From an uncultured delta proteobacterium (GTDB taxonomy: Bacteria > Desulfobacterota > RBG-13-43-22): a stretch of DNA of 64,000 nucleotides. Under the pieces are notes generated by a model. The model was given only the letters and a program-made list of their open reading frames with translations, made no database searches and had not been told where the DNA came from. This document shows, piece by piece, positions 1 through 9,117 of the stretch; position 1 is the stretch's first letter, and every line of letters starts with the position of its first letter. Location of the stretch: assembly GCA_963790475.1 (NCBI GenBank), contig CAWBOS010000010.1, forward strand, positions 1,152,001 through 1,216,000. The letters are read 5' to 3'. Made by a program: the position numbers and the translations under genes.

Positions 1-166
1 GTACCAGGGTGAATCCCATAACGGCCACAGCCCAAATGCCACTTAAAATGAGTATGGACAGGGTGGACTCATTGGTCGTTATTACCGGAACCAAGAGGAT
101 CATGAGAACCACCAGCCCAAGGACCGCCTTGGGGACAACGTTTTTATAGTCGATATAAGTCATCAT
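1..166 (-). CDS. Branched-chain amino acid-type ABC permease (LivM-like), runs off the window start
   Basis: Manual translation (M)MTYIDYKNVVPKAVLGLVVLMILLVPVITTNESTLSILILSGIWAVAVMGFTLV; hydrophobic, start overlaps the stop of the LivH-like gene. Confidence 0.75.
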   Translation of the reverse strand, partial: MMTYIDYKNVVPKAVLGLVVLMILLVPVITTNESTLSILILSGIWAVAVMGFTLV

Positions 167-1014
167 TTTAATGAAGCTCCAAAAAGGCCCTGAGGCCTGA
201 CCAGCAGGATGATGATGACCAATACGAAGAGGACCACCTCGGAAAAGTAGGACAAATGATAAGCTACGACACAGTTTATAAAACCCAGAATGAGGCCCCC
301 CACAATAGCACCGGTGAGGCTGCCGATGCCGCCGATGACAATGGCCAACAAAGACATGAGCATGGGGACACCTCCGATAAATGGACTAACCGTGTAAAGG
401 GGGGCGATGATTCCTCCGGCCAGGGCTGCCAAGCCGCAGCCAATGCCCATAACTATCAAAGATAAACGCTCTACGCTGACGCCGTATAGGCTGGCGGCAT
501 CGGGTTGTTGGGCCGTGGCCCTGATAGCCAATCCGATTTTGGTGAAATTCAGCATGATGTACAGGATAATCATGATTACCAGGGTAAAAGAAACCACAGC
601 AAGCTTCTGGTAGCTCACACTGAAGGTGCCCAGGTTGAGGACACCGGGAAGAACCATAGCCAGACCTTTATCCTGCATGCCAAAGACCATGCTGGCTGCA
701 CCTTCAAAAAGAAAAATGAGCCCCATGGTAGCCGCACTCACGTACAATTCGCCGGTGATCTGGTCGATAATAATCTTTTTGACCAGCATACCCAATCCGG
801 CTACCAGAACGCCGGCCACCAGAAGACTCAGCGGAAAAGGAATGCCGGCGACTGTAATGGCATAATAGACAACGAAGGCACCCAGCATATAGAACTGCCC
901 GTGGGTCCAGTTCAATATCCCCAGGATGCTGAATACCAGAACCATGCCAAAGGCCATGGTCATGTAGGCGCAGCTTTGGATCAATCCATCAATCCATATA
1001 CCAGCCGGAGGCAT
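163..1014 (-). CDS. Branched-chain amino acid-type ABC permease (LivH-like)
   Basis: GLAIRATAQQPDAASLYGVS and LLVRPQGLFG motifs; multiple TM segments. Confidence 0.9.
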   Translation of the reverse strand: MPPAGIWIDGLIQSCAYMTMAFGMVLVFSILGILNWTHGQFYMLGAFVVYYAITVAGIPFPLSLLVAGVLVAGLGMLVKKIIIDQITGELYVSAATMGLIFLFEGAASMVFGMQDKGLAMVLPGVLNLGTFSVSYQKLAVVSFTLVIMIILYIMLNFTKIGLAIRATAQQPDAASLYGVSVERLSLIVMGIGCGLAALAGGIIAPLYTVSPFIGGVPMLMSLLAIVIGGIGSLTGAIVGGLILGFINCVVAYHLSYFSEVVLFVLVIIILLVRPQGLFGASLK

Positions 1015-1082
1015 AAACGCTCTCCTTTCTTATTATTAACCTCACCCCTCTGGACGACTTGAGGTCTAAATAGCTTTGGGAT

Positions 1083-1162
1083 TTGAGGATCCTGGGGATC
1101 AAGGGTCCAAGTGAAAGGCCTGGAATTAAACCCTTTCGAAACCTTGAACCCTTGAACCCTTG
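1083..1162. repeat. Intergenic octamer-repeat hairpin (GATCAAGG / CCTTGAAC units)
   Basis: gaggatcctggggatcaagggtccaag faces ccttgaacccttgaacccttg. Confidence 0.55.
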
Positions 1163-1176
1163 TATCCTATCATTTG

Positions 1177-2391
1177 TTACGGTATCGGTTTTGAGGGATG
1201 TTCGCTAAGGTAAACTTCCTTGTCCCCTTTGATCACACAAAGGGCGGCCGGGGTTCCGAAAACTACCGGCGACCCCCAGGTTTTTTCTCCTGACATGGTC
1301 CATTTGCCAATGGTTGTGTCAAAAGTGCCACCCCGGATGGCTTTCATGATAGCATCAGTGTTGTCTACGGTACCGGCCTTTTGCATGGCCTGGGCCAGGA
1401 TCAGCAAGTGATTCGGGAGCCAGCCTACCCACCCACTGTAGTTAAAGGGCTTGCCTTGTTTCTTCGAGACAATCGCATTGACCTCTTGGCACATTTTGAT
1501 ATATTTAGGATTCACCTTGGTCTTCTTGAAATCCCAGTTGGCCCAATACTGCCCGATCATACCCTGTGCTGCATCTGCGCCGACAACCGCAGTATACATG
1601 CCTACATCGACAAAAGGACCGGAGTGACCCACTTTCATATCCTTGAAGCCCATCTCCCAGCGTTGTTTGGCGAAGGCCATGGTCTCCCCAACCCATCCGG
1701 CAATATAGACAATATCGCATCCTGCCTCTTTGAATCGGGTGATATAGGGCGTGAAGTCTTGTTGTCCGAAGGGGAACCATTCCCTGGCATACCGAATTCC
1801 ATTCTTTTTAAAGAACGCATCAACATAGGCTTCCGGACCCTTGCCCACAACACAATCCAGAACCCCTATTTTTTTGTAATTGGGATAGGCTGCCACAAGG
1901 GCCAGGTGATCGTAAAGATATTGATCAAAAGAGTTATTGGCGAAAACCACGTAAGGAAATTTTTTGGGGTCGTAGATACCACCGGGAAAGACCTCATTTC
2001 CAGTCCTGGTCAGTAAAATGGCCTTGGCCTGGGTGGCCACTGTAGCCACCGCCGGGAAATTCCAGGTCCAATGTCCGGCCAGGAACTTGCAGCCTTCGTT
2101 GTAGATGAGTTGTTTGGCTGCGGCAGCGCCGCCTTCGGGGGTGTTTTTGTCATCAACGGTGATTAGTTTAAAATTGTAGGTCTTGCCCCCCACTTTAAAG
2201 CCTTCTTTATTGAACAGTTCAATCCAGGCTAAATAGGGTTCCATACCAATCTGACCCCAGGGGGCTGCCGGACCGCTCAGACAGGTTGGCATCCCTACTT
2301 TGATGATGATAGGTGCCGTCTGGGCACCGGCTTGGCCAAAAGCCATTACCGTGACAAATAAAACTGCCCACAGCATAGTCCATTTCTTCAT
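1177..2391 (-). CDS. ABC substrate-binding protein, LivK/leucine-binding family
   Basis: Signal peptide; IKVGMPTCLSGPAAPWG and DFTPYITRFK motifs. Confidence 0.9.
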   Translation of the reverse strand: MKKWTMLWAVLFVTVMAFGQAGAQTAPIIIKVGMPTCLSGPAAPWGQIGMEPYLAWIELFNKEGFKVGGKTYNFKLITVDDKNTPEGGAAAAKQLIYNEGCKFLAGHWTWNFPAVATVATQAKAILLTRTGNEVFPGGIYDPKKFPYVVFANNSFDQYLYDHLALVAAYPNYKKIGVLDCVVGKGPEAYVDAFFKKNGIRYAREWFPFGQQDFTPYITRFKEAGCDIVYIAGWVGETMAFAKQRWEMGFKDMKVGHSGPFVDVGMYTAVVGADAAQGMIGQYWANWDFKKTKVNPKYIKMCQEVNAIVSKKQGKPFNYSGWVGWLPNHLLILAQAMQKAGTVDNTDAIMKAIRGGTFDTTIGKWTMSGEKTWGSPVVFGTPAALCVIKGDKEVYLSEHPSKPIP

Positions 2392-2511
2392 GATTTCAGT
2401 TCCTCCTTCTCTTATTGAATATTGAACTTATTTCCTTTCAAATCTTTTCCGGTTTAAATTTCCCCCTCCTTTCCCATGGTTTCGCTGACTGAACCCAATA
2501 TTAAAGTCAAA

Positions 2512-2796
2512 CTAACCCCCGGCAACAGCCAGCCCTAAATCAAGCTTATCACCGTCCTTAAGGAGGACATCTTCATCCTTCCTTAAACTCCGGCCGTTAA
2601 GCAGGAACAGGCTGTTATCCCAAAGGGAGGTCTTCTTTTTCACCCCCATGGATTGAAGTTTTTTCTGAAATACAGGACCGTATTTTTTATCGATGGCCTC
2701 CCTGACTTCGGTTACCCGGTTAGCTTCGATCGTAATCGATGGTTCGCCGAGAAACAATCTCAGGGGGCCGAGGAAATTGATCGTAACCTTTGCCAT
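2512..2796 (-). CDS. MoaD/ThiS family sulfur carrier
   Basis: 94 aa with LLNGR...LKDGD and C-terminal AVAGG; directly downstream of AOR. Confidence 0.85.
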   Translation of the reverse strand: MAKVTINFLGPLRLFLGEPSITIEANRVTEVREAIDKKYGPVFQKKLQSMGVKKKTSLWDNSLFLLNGRSLRKDEDVLLKDGDKLDLGLAVAGG

Positions 2797-2849
2797 AACT
2801 CGGGAACTCGCGCCTCGTTCATAATCGATGCAAATATTAACATTATCTC

Positions 2850-2935
2850 AGCTCGGAGTAAATAGTTCGGAGTTAATACCTCGGTGCAAAATATCCTACT
2901 CCGAACTCAAAACTCCGAACTGCGGACTAATACTC
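2850..2935. repeat. Intergenic AGTTCGG/CCGAACT heptamer hairpin
   Basis: gctcggagtaaatagttcggagtt ... actccgaactcaaaactccgaact; same family at 4814, 40157, 41150 and 58719. Confidence 0.7.
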
Positions 2936-2944
2936 AGTCTTATG

Positions 2945-4792
2945 CTACATAGCCCCAATTGAGGCAGCGATTTCCGGCATATCCAAACTTTGCAGACGTT
3001 TCTTCGAGGGTCTGCCGCTGACCTGATCCCAGTCTCTGATCTCATAGTACTCCGGCAGCATCTTTTCCATGTTGGGCACGTGTCCTTCCTGTCCGCCGTC
3101 GGGAATAGGCCGCATGACCAGCCCCGGGAGTTGGTCATCCCCGGCGTTGATTCCCAGCTTGCAGGACAAAGCCCGCTGCAATTGAAATATGCGTTCGCCG
3201 GCCTTCAATAGCCGGTCCATATCCATATCCCAGCCCGTAGCGGCATTCACCATATCAACTATCAAGGAGAAAGGTATTTGAGCGAAATGGCAGATCCCCA
3301 GGGAATCGGTCAAAGCACGAAAATTCTGGCTTTTGAAAACCATTTCCGCTTTATCATCTCCCCATCGGTCGGAGGCGTCAAGACCCAGGTCAGGATGCCC
3401 GGCGCCGCCTTCCACCTGATATCCGTCGCTTTTATTATGATCCGCACCCCGCGGAGCCGTGGCATAAACCAGTCCCATGGAGTGATAGGCCCTTGGGTCA
3501 TGCATGGGAATCTCAAGGCCCTTGGTCTGCACGGCTTCGCCCAAAGGCCGTCCGTATCGTAGGCTCATCCGCTTGGTCCCTTCAGCGACTATGGCCCCGA
3601 AACCCCGGTTCTTTCCAATCAGATGCAACAGTTCGATGGCCGCCTGGGTGTTTCCCCAGGTGAGTTTAAGACCGCCGGTGTCTTTATCGGAAATTACTCC
3701 CAACTCATAGAGATAGAAGGCGTAACCGGCGCTGGCGCCGCCGCTGATGGTATCAAAGCCATAGCGGTTACACAACTCGTTTAAGTAAACGGCCGCGGAC
3801 ATGTCCAGATCGAGTCCCATCATAGCCCCTAAAGCAATCAGGGTTTCATATTCGGGGCCTTCGACCTTTTCGTAAAGATACTTCCCTCCTTTGATTTGCA
3901 GCACCTTCCGACAGCGGATAGGACAACCAAAACAGGCGGTATGACCGATCTGACAGGTCTCCACCATTGTCGCCCCGCTTATGGTTGTAGCTTCCGGCAT
4001 AGTAGGGGCGGTGTAATATCTGGTCGGGCCGTCGCCATAAGCAATAGCCGAATCCACCCAGGAAGCCGTACCGCCCTCATGCATCCACTGGGTCAAAAAG
4101 GCTTCCTTGACCTCGGTCATGGCCTTGCGGGCGACCTCACGAAATTCTTCCGCGTCTGCCATAGGCAGCTTCATCCGGCCGCGAACGGCAATGGCTTTTA
4201 GCTTCTTGGAACCCATGACGCAACCCAATCCGGCCCGGCCCAGGCTGTGACCATGTTCAGACATGACGTTTCCGAAAGGAACCAGATTTTCAGAGGCAGG
4301 ACCGATACAAGCAATTTGCAGGCCTTTGTCCCCGCAGGTCCTTTTGATTTCTTCCTGGGTCTGGGTGGTATCCTGGCCCCACAGGCCGGCGGCGTCTCTA
4401 AGTTCAGCCAGGCCGTCTTTGAGGTAAAGATAAACCGGCTTGAAGGCCCGGCCTTTGAGGATAATACCGTCATAACCGGCTTTCTTAAGCTCCGCACCGA
4501 ACCAGGCCCCGGCATTGGAATCTCCATAATGCCCGGTATAAGGCGATTTGGTCGCCCCTCCCCAGCGGCTGACACTGGGCCCGCTGGTGCCGTTCAGGAG
4601 TCCGGTCATAAGGATTAGAGGATTGTCCGGACCGTGCGGGTCGGTCTTTTCATCGACCAGGTCAAACAGGTATCGGGCCGCCAAACCGGTCCCGCCAAGG
4701 AAATCCCGGGCATATTTTTCGTTCAAGGGCTCATCCGTGAGCGTTCCCGTCGTCAAATCGACTATTAATAATTTGCCCTGATATCCGTGCAT
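2945..4792 (-). CDS. aor: Aldehyde:ferredoxin oxidoreductase (W/Mo-pterin AOR family)
   Basis: LGRAGLGCVMGSKKLKAI, ACFGCPIRC, EGPEYET, GFDTISGG, HDPR, RGADH and DSLGIC motifs. Confidence 0.93.
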   Translation of the reverse strand: MHGYQGKLLIVDLTTGTLTDEPLNEKYARDFLGGTGLAARYLFDLVDEKTDPHGPDNPLILMTGLLNGTSGPSVSRWGGATKSPYTGHYGDSNAGAWFGAELKKAGYDGIILKGRAFKPVYLYLKDGLAELRDAAGLWGQDTTQTQEEIKRTCGDKGLQIACIGPASENLVPFGNVMSEHGHSLGRAGLGCVMGSKKLKAIAVRGRMKLPMADAEEFREVARKAMTEVKEAFLTQWMHEGGTASWVDSAIAYGDGPTRYYTAPTMPEATTISGATMVETCQIGHTACFGCPIRCRKVLQIKGGKYLYEKVEGPEYETLIALGAMMGLDLDMSAAVYLNELCNRYGFDTISGGASAGYAFYLYELGVISDKDTGGLKLTWGNTQAAIELLHLIGKNRGFGAIVAEGTKRMSLRYGRPLGEAVQTKGLEIPMHDPRAYHSMGLVYATAPRGADHNKSDGYQVEGGAGHPDLGLDASDRWGDDKAEMVFKSQNFRALTDSLGICHFAQIPFSLIVDMVNAATGWDMDMDRLLKAGERIFQLQRALSCKLGINAGDDQLPGLVMRPIPDGGQEGHVPNMEKMLPEYYEIRDWDQVSGRPSKKRLQSLDMPEIAASIGAM

Positions 4793-4813
4793 GAATTCTT
4801 CCTTTTAGGCGTG

Positions 4814-4894
4814 ATTAGTTCGGAGTATTTAGTTCGGAGTACGGAGTGGAGGGTTCAGAGAAATCACACGCTCCGAACTCTGAACTCCGAACTT
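4814..4894. repeat. Intergenic AGTTCGG/CCGAACT heptamer hairpin
   Basis: agttcggagtatttagttcggagtacggagt ... ctccgaactctgaactccgaact. Confidence 0.7.
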
Positions 4895-4901
4895 TTCCGT
4901 C

Positions 4902-6074
4902 TCAAAAATCAATTGGTCGTCCCACATAGGCATATCGGAATATTTTATCCAGATCTTCCTCACCGGGAACACGGGTAACGGTAATCGTCATGACCTCATT
5001 CAGTGCCCGATCTATCAACCCGGGAATCGATTCTTCATATTTGGCTTTATCGATGCCCAGATCCTTGACCGAAAGCGGCTGTTTGATTTCCTTGGCCAAT
5101 CCGCGGATCTTCTTTACCAGGGCCTTGGCGCATTCCAGATCCGTGCCGGAGGTTATACCGCAGAAGCGGGCTATCTCGGCGTATTTGGCGGTTGTTTCCT
5201 CTGAACCATTAATCAGATATTCCATGGTATAGGGCAGAAAAAGGCCGACCGATCGCCCGTGGGGCTGATGATAAATAGCCCCAAGGGCGTGGCCGGTACT
5301 ATGACCGAGTCCGGCCATGGAATTACCGAAGGACATGCCGGCCAAGGTGGCGGCATACATCATCTCTTGGCGGGACTGGAGGTCATCACCGTTTCGAAAG
5401 GCGAGGGGCAGATACTTAAAGGCTTGCCGTGAGGCAATCAATCCCGGGGCATCCGTAAAACTGCTACCCCAGGTGGAGACATATCCTTCAATGGCGTGGG
5501 TGAGGACATCCATACCGGTCTCGGCTGTAAGTTGCGGGGGCATACCGGCTACCATCACCGGATCCAGGATGGCCACATCCGGCATACATTCGGTGGTTCC
5601 CAGGCCGACTTTACGCTGAAATTCCGTGTCGGTGAGAACAATGGCCCAGGTCGCTTCGGAGCCCGTTCCGCTGGTAGTTGGTATGGCCATCAACCTGGCC
5701 TTGTCTCGAAAATTATAGGTATCGGAGGCCACAATCCCATCCGGATCGAGGTCCGGCCTGACCAGTAGAATGATAATCGCTTTGGCCGCATCCATACAGG
5801 ACCCGCCACCCAGGCCGATCACCCAGTCGGGTTGATATTTTCCTACTGCGACACCCCCCTTTTTAATGGTGAGTAGCGATGGCTCCGGCTCGACATCATC
5901 AAATATTTGCCATTCGATGTTCGCGGCCTCTAATTGATCGGTGACCGGCTTGGTCAATCCGAGTTTGACGATGTTTTTGTCGGTGACAATGAAGGCTTTT
6001 TTGCCCCGTATCTGGGCCAGGTAGTCGAGGGCATTATCTCCATAGGCGATAAAGGGAGTCGAAAAAGTCCACAT
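4902..6074 (-). CDS. Iron-containing alcohol dehydrogenase
   Basis: GLGGGSCMDAAK, IPTTSGTGSEAT, DVLTHAIE, H..GHALG and PHG motifs. Confidence 0.93.
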   Translation of the reverse strand: MWTFSTPFIAYGDNALDYLAQIRGKKAFIVTDKNIVKLGLTKPVTDQLEAANIEWQIFDDVEPEPSLLTIKKGGVAVGKYQPDWVIGLGGGSCMDAAKAIIILLVRPDLDPDGIVASDTYNFRDKARLMAIPTTSGTGSEATWAIVLTDTEFQRKVGLGTTECMPDVAILDPVMVAGMPPQLTAETGMDVLTHAIEGYVSTWGSSFTDAPGLIASRQAFKYLPLAFRNGDDLQSRQEMMYAATLAGMSFGNSMAGLGHSTGHALGAIYHQPHGRSVGLFLPYTMEYLINGSEETTAKYAEIARFCGITSGTDLECAKALVKKIRGLAKEIKQPLSVKDLGIDKAKYEESIPGLIDRALNEVMTITVTRVPGEEDLDKIFRYAYVGRPIDF

Positions 6075-6096
6075 AGAATCCTCCTTGGCAAAAAAA

Positions 6097-6163
6097 GGTT
6101 TGAGGTTTGAGGTTTAAGATCCAAGAAAAACCGTATATCGTAAACCGTATACCGTAAACCTTG
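6097..6163. repeat. Intergenic heptamer hairpin (GGTTTGA / AAACCGT units)
   Basis: aggtttgaggtttgaggtttaag ... aaaccgtatatcgtaaaccgtataccgtaaacct. Confidence 0.65.
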
Positions 6164-6164
6164 T

Positions 6165-6584
6165 TTATTCCAACCACTCTGTAGGTATTTTGGCGGTGAT
6201 GTTGGTCAACTCATTGGCCGCCTTGGTATAACGCATGATTTTGGACATGGTTCCCCGACTGCCGGTCATCAGCTTGGATTGTTTGGTGATCAGGGCCTGA
6301 GTGGAATCGAGTTGTTTCAGGCAGATCCTCTTCCATATGGCATAAGGTGCCAGGATGATGAACTCCGGGTTATATTTTTTGGGATCGGTAACGATCTCGG
6401 CTTGTCGACATTTTCCGTGGTAAAGATCGACATAAGCATAAATAGGCTCTTTGACCGGACCACCTTTATCGGTAATGAAATAAAAATCCCCTTCCCAGGT
6501 CTTGCCCGCCTCTTCGTAACCCTTGCTTTTGTTAATCTCCTCCTTGTAAATATCATACCATTCCTGCGTTCCATACTTAGCCAT
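6165..6584 (-). CDS. SCP2 sterol/lipid-binding domain protein
   Basis: EW...Y..EIN...Y....KTWEGDF, DLYHGKCR and APY..WK.I...LD..QAL...K pattern of stand-alone SCP2 proteins. Confidence 0.75.
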   Translation of the reverse strand: MAKYGTQEWYDIYKEEINKSKGYEEAGKTWEGDFYFITDKGGPVKEPIYAYVDLYHGKCRQAEIVTDPKKYNPEFIILAPYAIWKRICLKQLDSTQALITKQSKLMTGSRGTMSKIMRYTKAANELTNITAKIPTEWLE

Positions 6585-6704
6585 GGGAAATACCCTCCTT
6601 CAAATCTCCTTCAGAAAAATTTAAAATTACTTTATTTAATCGGGCAAAAAACCCTTTTCCAAATCGCTTAATGACTTTCCCTAACCAACATCGACTTTTA
6701 TGTT

Positions 6705-6788
6705 TCTATATTCCGTGTAAGGATAACTGTCAATATATTTATTGTGTTTCATCAACGATGCTTCACTATCTTAAAACAGAAACTTGTT
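6705..6788 (-). promoter_or_regulatory. Sigma70 promoter (TTGACA-17-TATAGA) plus upstream TGTTTCAT-N18-TTAAAACA-N6-TGTT candidate operator
   Basis: -35 at 6733-6728, -10 at 6710-6705; motif boxes at 6745, 6771 and 6785; close match to 25246-25328. Confidence 0.7.
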
Positions 6789-6890
6789 ATCTCCGATTCA
6801 CGGTGAGATTAAGGGTACCGGCCATTCGAGGGTCCAGGAGAGCAGACCCTCCCAGGCAACTGGTCATAGTTCCCGACCAGGCGAACAAGG

Positions 6891-7223
6891 CTACAGATCG
6901 TCAAGGATCTTGCCGGAACGGGCCTTTTCAACGGTCTCATCAAAACGGGGGCCCAAGTCCACGCCCAATTCCTTGACTCTCTTTTTGGCCCAAAGCCCGA
7001 CATTCCGATCATCCTTGTAGAAGGAGTCATCCCGGGGCCTTCGGGTGTCGAATTCAGTCAATCGCTGTGACTCGGTTCTGTGGACTACCACACGGGAAAG
7101 GATCCGCACCAGACGATCCCCCCGGCAGTGTCGGCACAATACCTTCTCGCTTTGTTTCGGATTAAGGATCAGGGCAGCAGTGATCTTTCCACAGGACTCA
7201 CACTGGTATTCATAGATAGGCAT
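6891..7223 (-). CDS. FmdB-family zinc-ribbon protein
   Basis: MPIYEYQCESCG...CRHCRG...RILS. Confidence 0.88.
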   Translation of the reverse strand: MPIYEYQCESCGKITAALILNPKQSEKVLCRHCRGDRLVRILSRVVVHRTESQRLTEFDTRRPRDDSFYKDDRNVGLWAKKRVKELGVDLGPRFDETVEKARSGKILDDL

Positions 7224-7312
7224 GCCATTTCCTCTCTCGTTTGCTTTTGATCGTCAAGACCCTGAGAAGTTTTGACCAGGAAATGGACTTGCCAAATCCC
7301 TGGCTTCAATCT

Positions 7313-8305
7313 TTACTTTTTTTCTCTTATCTCATTTATTTTTTTGGTTAGCCCGGGGACAAAATCAAGGATGTCCGCCACGATGGCGATATCAGCCGCC
7401 TGAAAAAAAGGAGCCTTGGGATTTTTGTTTATGGCAACAATAAACGGATTACCCTTTATCCCGGCCAGATGTTGAAAAGCACCGCTTATGCCTAAGGCCA
7501 TATAGACCTTCGGCTTTACCGTCTGGCCCGAGTTCCCGACTTGCCGATCTTTAGTAAGCCATTTTGCGTCCACGATGGGTCTGGAACAAGAGACGTCTCC
7601 TCCCATCGCCCTTGCCAGATCGAAGACTAATTCGAGATTATCTTGATCTTGTATTCCCCGGCCCACGGAAACCAGTATCTCCGATTGAGCAATATTGACT
7701 TCTCCGATTCCTGTCTCAATGAATTCCTGGAAATAGCGTTTTGTTTGGGGTATCTCCCCTTCCAGCGCTTCAGCCGTTTTATCAATGACTCGGCCATTTC
7801 CTGCTTGGCCTTCTTCTCCCTTGAAACTCCCGGGTCGTACTGTAAGGACAGCACCAGGGGTAAGGTCACAATCCACATGGGCATTCACAAGTCCGTTATA
7901 TTCTTGTCTCACGGCCTTGATCTGATTATCGTTTACCCCTTGGAACTCAACCACATCGGAAAGAAAGGAAGCCCCCAGCAGAATGGAAAGGCCGGGGGCA
8001 AGATCCATTCCGAAATGTTCGTGAGGAATAAGCACGATGGTTTTTTTCGGGATAATCCGAACGAGCAGCGGTCGAATCACCTCTGCATCAGGATAGGAAA
8101 CTCTTTCGTGGCCAATCTTCCAAACCTCTTCATAATGCTGAGCGGCTTTTTGGCAGACCGCGTCAAGATCGGCACCGACCCCGAAAACAACAGCGGTAAT
8201 GGCGGCACCAGGATCAATCATTTTGGCCGCGGAAATCATTTCCAGGGCCGTATCATCGATCGCCCCTTTATGGTGTAGTATGTAGGCGTACATCCGGCGA
8301 GACAC
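7313..8305 (-). CDS. etfA: Electron transfer flavoprotein alpha subunit
   Basis: VSVGRG, SRPIVDAKW, QVGNSGQTVKP, GISGAFQHLAG and AINK motifs. Confidence 0.95.
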   Translation of the reverse strand: MSRRMYAYILHHKGAIDDTALEMISAAKMIDPGAAITAVVFGVGADLDAVCQKAAQHYEEVWKIGHERVSYPDAEVIRPLLVRIIPKKTIVLIPHEHFGMDLAPGLSILLGASFLSDVVEFQGVNDNQIKAVRQEYNGLVNAHVDCDLTPGAVLTVRPGSFKGEEGQAGNGRVIDKTAEALEGEIPQTKRYFQEFIETGIGEVNIAQSEILVSVGRGIQDQDNLELVFDLARAMGGDVSCSRPIVDAKWLTKDRQVGNSGQTVKPKVYMALGISGAFQHLAGIKGNPFIVAINKNPKAPFFQAADIAIVADILDFVPGLTKKINEIREKK

Positions 8306-9096
8306 TATTTGATCCCTCCTTTTGATCTCAGAAGGTCTATCAGTTTTTCAATAATTTTCTCGGTGGTCCCTTCAAGGATTTCAGCTCCCCCACATACATC
8401 AGGTAGAAAATAGTCCTGCCGTTTTACTTTGGCCTTTAGTCCCCCCACAGAATCCGCCGTAAGACCCAGGTCCGCTGCATCATGAATCGGGATATTCAGG
8501 TTGGATGCTTTCATAATGCCGCGTACGGGGACATACCGCGGTTCATTGATGCCGGTCTGGATGGAAAGAACACAGGGGAGATCGATCTCGTAGACCTCCC
8601 GGTTTCCCCCGGCGACTTCGCGATGGATTCTGAGCTTTCGGTCATCAAGCACCTCAAGGTGATTGACTATTGAGGCAAACGGCCAACCGAGCATGGCCGC
8701 GAGCATCCCTCCTACCTGACTTGCGCCATCCTCTGCCTGAACCCCGGTAAAAATAAGATCGTATCGACCTTTTTCGATCTCCGCTTTTAATATGCTGGCT
8801 AACCCCTGACCGTCGGATCCCGGGAAGACATCATCCCAAATATGGATGGCCTTATCCGCACCCATGGCCAATTCTCTTCTTAATACCTCATCTCCTTCTG
8901 CACGGTCAATGGTGACCACGGTAACCGTCCCTCCCCTATGTTCTCGGATCCGTATCGCCTCCTCCACAGCGTAATTATCCGATTCATTGACGGAATAGAC
9001 GAGATCATCCCGTTTGATATCGGTCCCCTCCGGGTCCAATTGGATTTCATTTTCAACTGGGTCGGGAACCCTTTTCACGCAGACCAAAATCTCCAT
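8305..9096 (-). CDS. etfB: Electron transfer flavoprotein beta subunit
   Basis: ILVCVKRVPD, YAVEEA, LAMGAD and INEPRY motifs. Confidence 0.95.
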   Translation of the reverse strand: MEILVCVKRVPDPVENEIQLDPEGTDIKRDDLVYSVNESDNYAVEEAIRIREHRGGTVTVVTIDRAEGDEVLRRELAMGADKAIHIWDDVFPGSDGQGLASILKAEIEKGRYDLIFTGVQAEDGASQVGGMLAAMLGWPFASIVNHLEVLDDRKLRIHREVAGGNREVYEIDLPCVLSIQTGINEPRYVPVRGIMKASNLNIPIHDAADLGLTADSVGGLKAKVKRQDYFLPDVCGGAEILEGTTEKIIEKLIDLLRSKGGIK

Positions 9097-9117
9097 GTTT
9101 CCTCCAAAGGCTCTTGA

